DNA of 64,000 nucleotides. Source: a virus. Both the position numbers and the translations under genes were made by a program. The stretch is from IMG/VR virus record IMGVR_UViG_3300025383_000010; one strand, 5' to 3'. Below the pieces are notes generated by a model that was given only the letters and a program-made list of their open reading frames with translations, had not been told where the DNA came from and did not search any database. Of this stretch, positions 44,346-55,658 are shown in pieces. How positions within the stretch are numbered: position 1 is the first letter of the stretch; the number at the start of each line of letters is the position of its first letter.

Positions 44346-46517
44346 ATGAGCATTTCCGGACAACAAACAATTAACATTGGGCTACCGAATGAGTCCACAG
44401 CCAGTGACTCATTATACACCGCCTTCACCAAATCACAAGAAAACTTTACGCAACTTTTCACTTGTGCAAGCCCCTATACGAACTTTGTGGGCGGCACCGG
44501 AATCTCTACTGCCAATAACGCTTCGAATGGTACAGTAACTATTACTAACACCGGTGTTACTAGCATCATTGCAGGCACCAACGTCACTATAAGTAGTGCA
44601 AACGGTGCAGTCACTATTTCTGCTACTGGTGGTGGAGGTGGAGGTGGCGGCACTGTAACTAGTGTTGGTCTTGCTCCAGTATCATCATCTAGATTAGTAG
44701 TCACTAATTCACCGATCGTATCATCAGGAACTATTGGTATTGATCTTGCTACAAGCGGGGCGACAGCAGGCACATATACGAATCCAAACGTAACGGTTGA
44801 CACATATGGTAGAGTTACTAGTATTTCAAGTGGTCCAGCTTCGGGTACTGTTACTAGTGTTGGATTAACTGCTGGGCCCGGAGTGCAGATCAATGGTGGT
44901 CCTGTTACTACTAGTGGTAACATTGTTGTTACTAACACCGGTGTTCTCAAGCTCACTTCTGGTACAGGCATCAATCTTACTGGACAGACTGGAAATATCA
45001 CTGTATCATTAGATGGATCATATCAGGGTACAGTAACAAGTGTTGGAATCTATAGTACATCACTTAATGTTACTAGTAGCCCGGTTACCACATCCGGTAC
45101 TATAAGAGTAGAATTACCTGATAGCCCATCCGTTGCTGGCACATTTACTGCTGGAAATCTTACTACAGCAGGTACATTGAATGTAACCGGTACGTCTACA
45201 TTTGGTAATATCCAATTAGGTAATAGTATAGTTAGTGGAAATATATCTGCTGGTAATGTCTATGCAAACTCAGGAACAGTAAGTGCGTCATTATTAGCCG
45301 GCACATTAACAACTGCGGCACAACCAAATATTACAAGTGTTGGTACCTTAGGAACATTAACAGTAACTGGCAATATATCAGGCGGCAATGTCAACGGTGG
45401 CAATCTAGTAACTGCTAATTATTTCACTGGTTCAGGACAATATCTCACTGCTATACAAGCATCAAGTGTTACTGGTGTAGTTGCCGCAGCATCGAATGCT
45501 ACTAGAGTATTAACCGCATTGCAATCAACAGGCACATATTATCTGCCGTTTATTTCTGCTACAGCTGGAGCTAACTATAGCTTAGCTTCAAACAGTGCAT
45601 TCAGTGCAAATCTAGCGAACGGTGCTTTGACTGCTACTACATTCGTAGGTTCATTAAGTGGAACTGCAACATCTGCTACAACAGCAGGTACAGTCACAGC
45701 TAGCGCACAATCAAGTATTACCTCAGTTGGTACATTGTCAAGTCTTACTGTAGCCGGCAATATTGCGGCAGGAAATGCCAACTTAGGTAATCTTGTTAAA
45801 GCTAATTACTTCCAAGGAGACGGTAGTCTTCTATCCAACATTACAGTAAGTGCAGGTACTTCTATTGTTAATGGCACATCCAACGTTTCTATTGATACTA
45901 ATGGAAATATTAGATCAAGTGTTTCTGGAAACGCTAACGTTCTTGTAGTAACAGGCACTGGCGCTAATATAACAGGCACACTCAATGCAACGGGTAATGC
46001 TAATGTAGGCAACATCGGTACAAATAATGTAGTTGCAACTAGCTTAACTGGTACAGTTGCAACCGCAACACAAACTAGTATTACTTCAGTTGGTACACTA
46101 ACTGGTCTTACTGTAGGTGGCGCTGCTGCTTTCAATGCTAATATTGCAATGAGCAATAACTATATTAACATGCCCATATTTAGCTGTTACAAAGAATACG
46201 TGACTGCGCTCTCTGTTAGTGGATCTTCACAGACCCTTGACCTGTCTACTACAAATGTCTTCAACGTGACGTTAAGTTCCAATACTACATTAGTATTTGC
46301 CAATCCGCCTGCATCCGGTATTGCTTATAGCTTCATGGTATACTGCAAACAAGACGCAACTGGTGGCAGAGTTATTACATGGGGAAATACTATTAGATGG
46401 CCTAACGGATCAGTTCCAGTAAACTCAACCGGTGCAAACAAAATTGATGTTTATAACTTCTTCACTTTAGACGGGGGCGCTACTTATATAGGTGCTCTAT
46501 CACTTGCTAACATGTAA
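44346..46517 (+). CDS. tail fibre / virion structural protein
   Basis: GTVTSV and AQxxITSVGTL repeats; Gly/Thr/Ser/Asn-rich; late promoter at about 44320. Confidence 0.8.
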   Translation: MSISGQQTINIGLPNESTASDSLYTAFTKSQENFTQLFTCASPYTNFVGGTGISTANNASNGTVTITNTGVTSIIAGTNVTISSANGAVTISATGGGGGGGGTVTSVGLAPVSSSRLVVTNSPIVSSGTIGIDLATSGATAGTYTNPNVTVDTYGRVTSISSGPASGTVTSVGLTAGPGVQINGGPVTTSGNIVVTNTGVLKLTSGTGINLTGQTGNITVSLDGSYQGTVTSVGIYSTSLNVTSSPVTTSGTIRVELPDSPSVAGTFTAGNLTTAGTLNVTGTSTFGNIQLGNSIVSGNISAGNVYANSGTVSASLLAGTLTTAAQPNITSVGTLGTLTVTGNISGGNVNGGNLVTANYFTGSGQYLTAIQASSVTGVVAAASNATRVLTALQSTGTYYLPFISATAGANYSLASNSAFSANLANGALTATTFVGSLSGTATSATTAGTVTASAQSSITSVGTLSSLTVAGNIAAGNANLGNLVKANYFQGDGSLLSNITVSAGTSIVNGTSNVSIDTNGNIRSSVSGNANVLVVTGTGANITGTLNATGNANVGNIGTNNVVATSLTGTVATATQTSITSVGTLTGLTVGGAAAFNANIAMSNNYINMPIFSCYKEYVTALSVSGSSQTLDLSTTNVFNVTLSSNTTLVFANPPASGIAYSFMVYCKQDATGGRVITWGNTIRWPNGSVPVNSTGANKIDVYNFFTLDGGATYIGALSLANM

Positions 46518-46530
46518 CCTAGGATAAATT

Positions 46531-49500
46531 ATGATTGAAAGCGTTAAAATCACGAGCTTGAACAATATAGGATCTAACCTATCCTATTCATCTATCTTCC
46601 CTGTAGTAGATGTATCGGGCACTCCTATTACTGATAAAGCTAATCTACAAATCATCGGTAACTATATCTTAAGTCAAGCAGGTGGTGCAAATATGGTTCA
46701 GGCTGCTCAGGCTACTCTTGCTCAAGCAGTTGTCAACTCTGCACAACCAAACATCACTAGCGTCGGTACACTAAGCATTAATACGCTACATATCTCAGGT
46801 GGTACTAATGGTCAGTATCTACAAACAGATGGTACTGGAAATCTAAATTGGGTATCGGGCGGCGGATCAGGCAACGGCACAGTAGGTGGTGCAACTGGTC
46901 AGATTCAGTTCAACAATGCAGGACACTTTGGTGGCAGCACTAACTTAACTTGGGATCAAGCAAATGCATTACTAGGAGCCACAAACTTTGTTGCGTCTCA
47001 CGCTACAATCTATGGTAATGTTGATTCAGTAAATCTAAATGCTTCAGGTAACGTAAGAACGGGAGCTATCTACACTGATCACTATTACTATGCTAATGGT
47101 TATGTGTTTGGTGGCGGCGGAGGTGGTACTCCAGGTGGTGTATCTACTCAAGTACAGTTTAATGATGCAGGTGCGTTCGCTGGCAATACCGGATTCACTT
47201 TTAACAAGACAACTGGCGTATTGAATGTTACTCATTTATCAGGTGAAGGTGGAAATCTCAGCAACATTCAAGGCTCAAATGTCTCGGGTACTGTTGCTTA
47301 TGCTGCTGTTGCTAACTCGGTAGCAGGTGCAAATGTTTCAGGTCAAGTATCACATGCTGCGGCAGCAAACAGTGTAGCTGTAGCAAACGTTGTTGGTTTA
47401 GGTAATATTGCTACAGTTGCATTAGATGGTAGTAGCAGTCACGTACTCTATGGAAATGGACAATGGGCTGCGGCTAGTAGTGCTAACGTAGGTAACTTTG
47501 CTTTTGACAGCACTGATGTAGACGGCACTACCTATGATGAAATTGTATTAACAGGTACAAACAGTGGAAACATACTGGTAAACGCTGATAACTTAGTAAT
47601 GATATCAGGTTCTTATGAATCTGATGGCTTAATAGCCGGTGGTGGTAATGTTTACCTATTCAACGGTGACCCTACATATGCTAACGGCATACCGCAGCCA
47701 GGCGTAGGTCACATATGGCAATTTGACGATACGGGTAATACAACTTTACCTACTGGTGCAGCTATAGCAAACATCTCTGGCTTTGGCCCAGGACTGTCTA
47801 CATTCTTCGGTGATGCTAATGGTGCTACATTTGGTACTGGTCCAGGTAATGATATTACTTTCACCCCTGCCGATGGTGCTGCTATTTACTCTAATGGTTT
47901 CATGTGGACTTTTAGTACAGATGGTAACTTGACTACTCCAGGTAACATTACTGGTGCTAATGTAATTGAAGCAAATACATTCTTAGGTACAGGTAACTTA
48001 AAACTTCAACCAGATCCAAACAATAATGGAGCATATTTAGATGTATATCTAACAAGTGGACCTGATGTTCACATTGCAGGTAACGGTGAAACTGTTATTG
48101 TTGGTAGTGATGCCGGTGCTAATGTCTCTGTTCAGGCTTCAGGTAATGTTGCTATTCAAGCTAATGCTGTATTTGGCGGCACTCCACGCACTTGGATGTT
48201 TGATTATAATGGTAACTTAACATTACCGCAACTTACAACAATCAATGATGTAAGTGGCACCGGCACTACATTAACAGTGGGTGTTCCACCTACAGTAATA
48301 GTTATCAGTGGTGCAGATTTTGTTGCAGTGAATACTACTTATACTAGAGACTTTGGTCAAGCAACACCAACTTGGTACCCAGCCGGTTATACGCCGGGTG
48401 TTAATCCTTATATAATGTTTACAGGTGGTCAATATGGGATTTATAATCCAGGCTTTGTCCCACCGCTTTATATCAACACCGGTACATTAAATATACCACT
48501 AATACAATGGAATCTAAATCCTCCATTAGGTAGCATTGCACCTACAGCAGTATATACATATGGTTCTACAGGTCCCGCTTGGAAATTTGATCCAACTGGT
48601 AATCTAAAATTGCCAGGTGTATTAGTAGCACAAGCCAGTGACAATGGTAGTATTATATTCAGCAATAACGGCACAGACACTAACGGCAGCTTTAAAGTTG
48701 ACGGCGGTCTTAATATGACTATTAGTGCCAATAGCAACTTTTATGTCAAACGAGCAGGTAGTGATAGACTTGCTATAACTGATACTGATACTACATTGAT
48801 GGCAGGAGCTAATCTTGTTTTGAAGTCAAATAAGAATGCCACAGAGAAGGTTTGGACGTTTGATACAACTGGTAACTTAACAGCACCAGGTAATATTACT
48901 TCTGGCAATCTTCTAACTAGAACACTGTATACAGGTGGAGCAACTACTGTCCCAAGTGGTGTCACAATGGACGGTGGTGTTGTTGTAAACGGAAACATTG
49001 CAACTGTACTCACTGCAAGTTATCAAGGAAATGGTTTCTTTGCCATAAATGCTAATACTAGTGTTGCCGGTGCTGGCGACTTATTTGATAGATCAATAAA
49101 TGGTGGGTGGAGTAGAAACCTAACGTTAGCTAACGGAAATGTGCAAATCGCTAACTATATTGTATTCAATGACGGATCTTATCAAAACACTGCTCCTATA
49201 ATATATAACAACAGCAATGTTGCTACTTTCTTAGCGTCATTTGGTAGTAACACTATCACTACTACAGGCAATATCAAGGCAGGTAATGCCAACGTTACTG
49301 GTAATCTAGTATTAGCAAGCACAACAAACATTGTGTCTGTATCAGGTAGCAACGGTAATATCACTCTTGATCCAGACGGTACTGGTGTAGTCAATGTTAT
49401 TGGTAATGTTGTCGCTAATAACTTTAGTGGCAACATATCTATCACTGGTAATGTTCAAGGTACAAGCCCGAACGTTACTCTTGTTGCTGGAAGTTATTCA

Positions 49501-50082
49501 GCAACATTTGATAACACTGGCGTGTTAACATTGCCGGCGCAGGGTATAGGTCCTTCTAACGAGGGTGCTGAAATTGATTTCACTAAAGCTCCTAATAGTT
49601 CACTGAGTGGTAATGCTGTTATCGTTGATCAGTACATTGATAGAATCAGATTCTTTGAAGGCGGCGGTTCTGCTCGCGGTGCTTATATTGATTTGAGTCA
49701 AGCAGCGGCAGGTGTAAACACATTACTAAACAATCGTGTAAGCGGACTAGTGAATGCTGGTACATTTGTAACAATGGACAACCTCAAAGCAACAGTTACA
49801 ACAAGTGGTCAGCGTGGATTAAGTTTGGCTGCCGTATCAGGATCGTTTAATATATTGATAGGCAGCAGTTATTCATTGACTGCTAGCACTGGCGGAAATT
49901 CAGGAGGCGGTACAGTCAACACCACTCCAAGTACTTCTCAATTTGGCTATAACTTTACTGGTGCAGGTGACACATCAACATACATTATTACTGACACTAC
50001 TAACAACAGAGCCTATCGTATCACACTACAGATTGGTGCCAGCTACAATAACAACTTGATTACTATTGAGCGATTAGTATGA
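46531..50082 (+). CDS. long tail fibre-like protein
   Basis: AQPNITSVGTL, QIQFN/QVQFN and repeated WxFDxxGNLTxP motifs. Confidence 0.8.
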   Translation: MIESVKITSLNNIGSNLSYSSIFPVVDVSGTPITDKANLQIIGNYILSQAGGANMVQAAQATLAQAVVNSAQPNITSVGTLSINTLHISGGTNGQYLQTDGTGNLNWVSGGGSGNGTVGGATGQIQFNNAGHFGGSTNLTWDQANALLGATNFVASHATIYGNVDSVNLNASGNVRTGAIYTDHYYYANGYVFGGGGGGTPGGVSTQVQFNDAGAFAGNTGFTFNKTTGVLNVTHLSGEGGNLSNIQGSNVSGTVAYAAVANSVAGANVSGQVSHAAAANSVAVANVVGLGNIATVALDGSSSHVLYGNGQWAAASSANVGNFAFDSTDVDGTTYDEIVLTGTNSGNILVNADNLVMISGSYESDGLIAGGGNVYLFNGDPTYANGIPQPGVGHIWQFDDTGNTTLPTGAAIANISGFGPGLSTFFGDANGATFGTGPGNDITFTPADGAAIYSNGFMWTFSTDGNLTTPGNITGANVIEANTFLGTGNLKLQPDPNNNGAYLDVYLTSGPDVHIAGNGETVIVGSDAGANVSVQASGNVAIQANAVFGGTPRTWMFDYNGNLTLPQLTTINDVSGTGTTLTVGVPPTVIVISGADFVAVNTTYTRDFGQATPTWYPAGYTPGVNPYIMFTGGQYGIYNPGFVPPLYINTGTLNIPLIQWNLNPPLGSIAPTAVYTYGSTGPAWKFDPTGNLKLPGVLVAQASDNGSIIFSNNGTDTNGSFKVDGGLNMTISANSNFYVKRAGSDRLAITDTDTTLMAGANLVLKSNKNATEKVWTFDTTGNLTAPGNITSGNLLTRTLYTGGATTVPSGVTMDGGVVVNGNIATVLTASYQGNGFFAINANTSVAGAGDLFDRSINGGWSRNLTLANGNVQIANYIVFNDGSYQNTAPIIYNNSNVATFLASFGSNTITTTGNIKAGNANVTGNLVLASTTNIVSVSGSNGNITLDPDGTGVVNVIGNVVANNFSGNISITGNVQGTSPNVTLVAGSYSATFDNTGVLTLPAQGIGPSNEGAEIDFTKAPNSSLSGNAVIVDQYIDRIRFFEGGGSARGAYIDLSQAAAGVNTLLNNRVSGLVNAGTFVTMDNLKATVTTSGQRGLSLAAVSGSFNILIGSSYSLTASTGGNSGGGTVNTTPSTSQFGYNFTGAGDTSTYIITDTTNNRAYRITLQIGASYNNNLITIERLV

Positions 50083-50780
50083 TAATTCAAGGTGTCGCAC
50101 TTAAAGGTACAAGAGTTGTTGATGCTAGTATCATCAGGCAAAACCTTGCCATATGGATAGATGCTAACAACTCATCTAGTTATCCCGGTACTGGTACTAC
50201 GATCACTGACTTGAGCGGTAACGGTAGAACACAGAATATCATAAACGCTAGTCAATATACTGTATTAAGTGGGGTTAAATGTTTTGACTGTAGTGGTCCT
50301 AGTGTGAACAATGCTATATCAGCCGCTAGTGCAGGGCCAGTGTTACCTACATCAGGCTTTACGTATATTTCATGGGCTAGGATGATTGCTAGTACAGCAA
50401 ACTATCGTACACTTTTTAGAACCTATCCCGATGATCATCCATTGTTAATTGGTATAGGCACTAATCAATTAGGAACTTGGGACAACAACGGTACTAACTT
50501 TCATTCAGCCGGATATGATGTATCCAGTCTTGCTAATGTATGGACACAATGGGCAGTGACTGGTGATAGTAGTGGACAAACATTTTATATAAACGGAAAA
50601 CAAGTAGGTACTACTACAGCGTCATCCGCAGGTAATAATCACAACATTACAGGCAATGCAAGTGCTCCTGGCGGACAACCATTTGGGTATATTGCTAATA
50701 TGTTTTTATATACTGCTAAGTTGACACAAGAGCAGATACAACAGAACTACTATGGACTGAAAAGCGTGTTTGGTTTGTAA
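50079..50780 (+). CDS. LamG/concanavalin-like adhesin
   Basis: DANNSSSYPGTG, FYING, LTQEQIQQNY. Confidence 0.8.
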   Translation: MIIQGVALKGTRVVDASIIRQNLAIWIDANNSSSYPGTGTTITDLSGNGRTQNIINASQYTVLSGVKCFDCSGPSVNNAISAASAGPVLPTSGFTYISWARMIASTANYRTLFRTYPDDHPLLIGIGTNQLGTWDNNGTNFHSAGYDVSSLANVWTQWAVTGDSSGQTFYINGKQVGTTTASSAGNNHNITGNASAPGGQPFGYIANMFLYTAKLTQEQIQQNYYGLKSVFGL

Positions 50781-50825
50781 CAATACGAATACGATAAATA
50801 TAGAGAAAGAATCAAAGGATAAGAT

Positions 50826-53800
50826 ATGCAGATTGCACCGGGCGTAGTATTAGGATCGGGAATGGTTTTGGGAGTCGGTTCGGCTCCAACAGGTAACATG
50901 ATATTGCAATATGTCATGGGCAACAGTGCGAGCTTCAACGGTCAGGGCATTGATTTGCAGCACAATGACTTTCTTAATAGCCCGCCGCCAGCAAATACTA
51001 ATCTAATCTTTGATACATCAGCAGATTATGCTAACGGTGCATATGGTAATACCGGAGTCTATGTTACTAACGAAGGCAGTGGCAATATAACAGGTAGTGA
51101 CTTCGTTAATCACGGTTCACTAAGTTATGTAACATTTGATGGTGGTTTAAATAATCAATATCTTGATAGCGAGACTATCAACGGATATAACATTCCAGCT
51201 GGTAGTAGCTACACTATCTTTGCTGTAGTCCGAATGAAAGGTTTTGATCCAGGTAGCGGTAACGGCGGCGGCATCGTCGGTGGCGACCACATGTATTTTG
51301 AGTTTGTCCCTCAAAACATTTTCGGAAATTATCCCTTCTTGTGTGCAAATAATACTAACGACTTTCCAGTAGTTCTTGATAATACTACGCCGTATCAGTA
51401 TAATACCTGGTATGCAGTAGCACTTACATATGACAGTGTTAGCCAAACTATGAAGTTGTATACTAACGGCCAATTAGTAAGTTCAGCAACAGGCGTAGCT
51501 CCAATTGGAAGTAACGAACCATTATATTGGGGTACAATAGGAGGCAACAACTATTTGAATGGTGATCTTGCAGTGATGACGGTGTGGGATTATGCACTGA
51601 GTGCCGGCGAAATTACTAGCTACACAAATCAATATGGTAATCCATATGGTGTTAACTCTAAGCGTCAAGACAATGACATGCCTGTTCAGTCATACAGTCA
51701 ATTGTTCTCTGTACCGGGTGAGTATACTTTCCAAGTTCCACAAGGTGTAAGTAGTGTCAGCATGGTAGCTGTTGGTGCCGGTGGCGGCGGTACTTGGGGT
51801 GGTTTCAGCCCTCCAGGTGGTGATAGTTATGTTTACTCTCAGTGGGCACATTTCAATATAGACATGACTACAAATGCCGGTTATAGTGATGCACCGTTCA
51901 TAACATTTGATTGCACCGGCGGTAACAATGCTGCACTATTAGGCAATGTTGCTCCGGGTTGGTTGATCACGAGTGCAGACTTTAACAATGACTATCCCAA
52001 CAAGGCATTGATTCAAGGTAATGTTTATGGTATGGTTACTGCGGTAGACAGCACTGATACAGCAAATGTGGTATTAACTATCTCTCCTACGGTGACATCA
52101 ACAAACGGCGGCACATATCATTTCTTAGGTCAAACTATCGTAGGCGCACAAGGTGCTCCACAAATCACCGATAGTAGATATTATACAAATCAAGATGGCA
52201 CTCCGGGGCCACGTGCATTACCATTATGGGGAGATAGCGGCGGTAAGGGCGGCGTAGTAGATGCGTTGGATTCCTGGCCAATCGGCGGCGCTGGTGCTGG
52301 TGGCTATGGTACTAACGATGTTGTGGTAGCATTTGATCCTACGCAAACATTTGTTTATGATAGCAATGGAAATACCAATACAGGTGAGGCAAATATTGTA
52401 TTGGGTTTATCTGATTATAATTTATCCGTTGAAGCAACTGCAAACAATGCAAGTTATCCTGGTATTGCAACAGGTACATATGAAATAGATACCGGTCAGA
52501 AGGTAATGTTCAGTTTAACTATGACTACTGCGGCGCCATCAGGCAACCAAGGTATTGGTTTTGGTAACTATGGCGCTAATCTACAAAGCTATGTAGGTAG
52601 TGATGTTAATGGTGGTGCATTCTACAATGATGGAAGTTTTGTTACAAACGGTGCCCAAGCCTATACAGGATATCCTACATTTACAACAGGTGACGTAGTT
52701 GATATTGCTATTGACAACTCTAATGTTTTAAACCAATTGACATGGGTTAGAGTCAACGGCGGTGATTGGATGGGCGATCCTGGTGCCGATCCTTCAACAG
52801 ATACGAATGGTGTACCATTTACAATATCAGTTCCATTGTACTTAATGACTACACAAGGTGATCAGAATGGCATTGGTAAATGGACTATCAATGAAAGCAA
52901 CGCACATCCAATACCAAGCGGATACACTTTCATTGCTGGTTCACCTAACGTAGGATCAAATGGTGGTACTGGCGCAAGTGAGGCTCTTCCAACTAATACT
53001 GACGGACAAGGTGATGGTAATATCGGTGGATCCGGCGCTGGTGGCGGTGGCATTTATGATGATATCGGATCTGGTGGTGGTGGCGTTGGTTTGTATGGCG
53101 TTGGCAACCCGGGCACACGCGGCGGCTGGGTAGATAACGATACTTACAGTGGCAACAGTCCTTATTCAGAGTGGCAAGCACAGGCAGTAGGCGGCAGAGG
53201 CGGCTCTCGTAGAGGTAACTCGGGAACACAAGGTGGTATGGCTAGCTCATGGGCTGGTGGTGCTGGTGGCTGGCCAGGCGGTGGTGGCGGTAGCGGCACA
53301 AGTCTATGGGACGGTGGTAACGGTGGCGCACTGGCATATAAGAACAATGTCAGTGTAAATCCAGGCAGCCCGGGTAATGCGGGACAGCAGCTACAAGTTA
53401 TCGTAGGTCAAGGCGGCTGGGGCGGCGGTGTCAGCAATGTTACATACTATACAGGAGGTGTCGGCGGCGGTGGCGCAGTTCGTATTATGTGGCCTGGCGA
53501 TACAAGAGCATTCCCTGCGTTTAACGCAGGAATTGATCCACTTGTGACTTCATTCACTATCAACCCTGGTGATTTTGGGAGCGGCGGCCCGTACAACTCA
53601 ATCTCGCAGAGCAGTGGTACTATTGGGAATAATTATACACAAATCTATCCTACAAGCGAACAAGTGGCACAAAATGTTTTTGCGTTCTTTAGGTCAATAG
53701 GTGTGTATACACAGAATCCAGAAAACAACAATGCACCATATGATGTAAATAACTTCAATGCATACATCTTTGATGTGACTTGGGGAGATGGTAGCACGAT

Positions 53801-54008
53801 ACCAAATGGTTTAGTAAGAATGAGTTATAGCGCAACATATGGTTCACTTTTTATCAGTACGGTAGATCCAACTAATACAGCATACGAAACTGCAAATCCT
53901 TCTAATGTTGATCCCGGTGGTACTACTGTTCCGGGTACATTTAACTTCCCAGCAACATTCACATTACGCACTCCGACAATTCAATCAGGCGGACTATATT
54001 GGTGCTAA
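50826..54008 (+). CDS. multi-domain adhesin (LamG, Gly-rich, SPRY-like)
   Basis: WYAVALTYD..LYTNG, VPQGVSSVSMVAVGAGGGG, GDVVDIAID. Confidence 0.8.
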   Translation: MQIAPGVVLGSGMVLGVGSAPTGNMILQYVMGNSASFNGQGIDLQHNDFLNSPPPANTNLIFDTSADYANGAYGNTGVYVTNEGSGNITGSDFVNHGSLSYVTFDGGLNNQYLDSETINGYNIPAGSSYTIFAVVRMKGFDPGSGNGGGIVGGDHMYFEFVPQNIFGNYPFLCANNTNDFPVVLDNTTPYQYNTWYAVALTYDSVSQTMKLYTNGQLVSSATGVAPIGSNEPLYWGTIGGNNYLNGDLAVMTVWDYALSAGEITSYTNQYGNPYGVNSKRQDNDMPVQSYSQLFSVPGEYTFQVPQGVSSVSMVAVGAGGGGTWGGFSPPGGDSYVYSQWAHFNIDMTTNAGYSDAPFITFDCTGGNNAALLGNVAPGWLITSADFNNDYPNKALIQGNVYGMVTAVDSTDTANVVLTISPTVTSTNGGTYHFLGQTIVGAQGAPQITDSRYYTNQDGTPGPRALPLWGDSGGKGGVVDALDSWPIGGAGAGGYGTNDVVVAFDPTQTFVYDSNGNTNTGEANIVLGLSDYNLSVEATANNASYPGIATGTYEIDTGQKVMFSLTMTTAAPSGNQGIGFGNYGANLQSYVGSDVNGGAFYNDGSFVTNGAQAYTGYPTFTTGDVVDIAIDNSNVLNQLTWVRVNGGDWMGDPGADPSTDTNGVPFTISVPLYLMTTQGDQNGIGKWTINESNAHPIPSGYTFIAGSPNVGSNGGTGASEALPTNTDGQGDGNIGGSGAGGGGIYDDIGSGGGGVGLYGVGNPGTRGGWVDNDTYSGNSPYSEWQAQAVGGRGGSRRGNSGTQGGMASSWAGGAGGWPGGGGGSGTSLWDGGNGGALAYKNNVSVNPGSPGNAGQQLQVIVGQGGWGGGVSNVTYYTGGVGGGGAVRIMWPGDTRAFPAFNAGIDPLVTSFTINPGDFGSGGPYNSISQSSGTIGNNYTQIYPTSEQVAQNVFAFFRSIGVYTQNPENNNAPYDVNNFNAYIFDVTWGDGSTIPNGLVRMSYSATYGSLFISTVDPTNTAYETANPSNVDPGGTTVPGTFNFPATFTLRTPTIQSGGLYWC

Positions 54009-54023
54009 ATAAAGGACAATATC

Positions 54024-54194
54024 ATGACATTTCATCTTAACACCCCTGAGGCACAAGCTGCTAGAGAACAGTTCAAGCAAAACGCTGCTGCTAAACAAGA
54101 AGCAATCAAGAGTGCCCCTAGATTGTCAGCACCAACTAAGCCTGAAGAGCCAGCAAGACCAGAACGAGTTCCTTTTAAAGGAGCAGGTAAATGA
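54024..54194 (+). CDS. 56-aa hypothetical protein (not in ORF track)
   Basis: AAGGA RBS; ATGA coupling to the next gene. Confidence 0.55.
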   Translation: MTFHLNTPEAQAAREQFKQNAAAKQEAIKSAPRLSAPTKPEEPARPERVPFKGAGK

Positions 54195-55132
54195 GCGGAT
54201 TAACAATCACAGGCACTGGCATAACACTTGGATCAGGTATTAGTATACATATGCCTCCTGTATTAATGTTGAATCTTGACGCTGCAACTTACAGTGTTGT
54301 TACTACTTCAGCCTCACAGAATATTAACGGTTCTAATAGTGATACCGGTAATTTCTTTAGACCTAATGATTCAAGATATGCAGATATTACCATAGGATGG
54401 ACTGTAGTTGGAAATCCTACATGGGTAGTAACCGCGGTTTCGTGCAATCCAAGTGATCAATATAGTACTATAGTAACTATTAGCAATGGTGTATTCCTTT
54501 CAGGTCAGTCTTACGCATTCACTAGCGAAGTGTCTTGGATTGACTCTATCTCTGATCGTGCGTTCATATTACAAAACGGTGTTACATATGACAACATTGA
54601 CGGTGGTAGTTTAGTCTTTGATGCAGCTTCAAGTCAATCTGCAATTTGTACTTCTAGCCTACCTAATCTAAGTACATGGGCAGTTGAAGTTTGGCACTAT
54701 TACACGGGTAACAATACACCAGGATCACCTGAAATCGTAACAGAGACCTATACAGGGGATAGCGGAATCAACTATACCTTAGGTTCTATCTCTAATACTA
54801 CAACCGGATTATCAACCGGGTGGTGGAATGGAGGTCAATGGATTTATACTAACCCTGATTATAGTCTAACACCTGATAACTGGTATCAAATTGTAGGTAC
54901 ATATGATGGTTACAATGTTAATTTGTATGTCAATAATACATTAGTAGAATCATCATCTATCGCTGCGGGTAATGCATATGGCAGTGGACAAGGCATTAGA
55001 TTGATGGAAAGATGGGACAATGCCGAGTACTGGGACGGTAAATTAGGTATTGTCAATATCTATGATGGATATATGAATGCAGACGATGTAACTGCTAGCT
55101 GGAATGCTAATAGAACAAGATTCGGGCTTTAA
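54191..55132 (+). CDS. LamG-like adhesin
   Basis: LNLDA, WYQIVGTYDG, LYVN, WNANRTRFGL. Confidence 0.8.
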   Translation: MSGLTITGTGITLGSGISIHMPPVLMLNLDAATYSVVTTSASQNINGSNSDTGNFFRPNDSRYADITIGWTVVGNPTWVVTAVSCNPSDQYSTIVTISNGVFLSGQSYAFTSEVSWIDSISDRAFILQNGVTYDNIDGGSLVFDAASSQSAICTSSLPNLSTWAVEVWHYYTGNNTPGSPEIVTETYTGDSGINYTLGSISNTTTGLSTGWWNGGQWIYTNPDYSLTPDNWYQIVGTYDGYNVNLYVNNTLVESSSIAAGNAYGSGQGIRLMERWDNAEYWDGKLGIVNIYDGYMNADDVTASWNANRTRFGL

Positions 55133-55142
55133 GGAATAAACG

Positions 55143-55658
55143 ATGAGCGTATCAGGAATACAATTAGGAGCAGGGATTAGCGTCGGCGGTGGCATCAACA
55201 TTGGTGCTACGAGACCTTTATTCGTATTAACTTCAGCAGACATTAGTAGTGTTGGCTTTGGTACAGGTTGTGAGGGCGATAATACAGGGTTTAGTATCGG
55301 CGGCGACTTCAACTCTACCGGAGCATGTTACAATCCTACTCTAACTGGTCCAAAGGCTGCTGAGTTAGTAAACTTTTTTAACAATAATAGTTTATCAATC
55401 GGTAGCAATAGTTACTTGTTTGATGTACAATGGGCCCCGGGAAGTAGCACTAATACTACACGCAATGTAATGGTCATAATGAATGAGACTAGCTTTTTAG
55501 CTATGGGCACAGTTGATACTAATGTTACTGGCTGGGATACTCCAGGACAGGATCCACGATTTTCACCTACTATGAAGGCAGCAAATGGAACATTTCTGTT
55601 TCCAGCAACATTCACATTAATTCAACCTCCTATCGTTGATCAAGTTAATTGGTGCTAA
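55143..55658 (+). CDS. small virion/adhesin module sharing its C-terminal domain with 50826-54008
   Basis: FDVQWAPGS...GTFLFPATFTL...WC. Confidence 0.75.
   Translation: MSVSGIQLGAGISVGGGINIGATRPLFVLTSADISSVGFGTGCEGDNTGFSIGGDFNSTGACYNPTLTGPKAAELVNFFNNNSLSIGSNSYLFDVQWAPGSSTNTTRNVMVIMNETSFLAMGTVDTNVTGWDTPGQDPRFSPTMKAANGTFLFPATFTLIQPPIVDQVNWC

Noticed and set aside
53930-55658. Diversity-generating retroelement TR/VR pair in the shared adhesin C-termini
   Set aside because: Differences are not adenine-specific, identity is patchy, and no reverse transcriptase is in the window.
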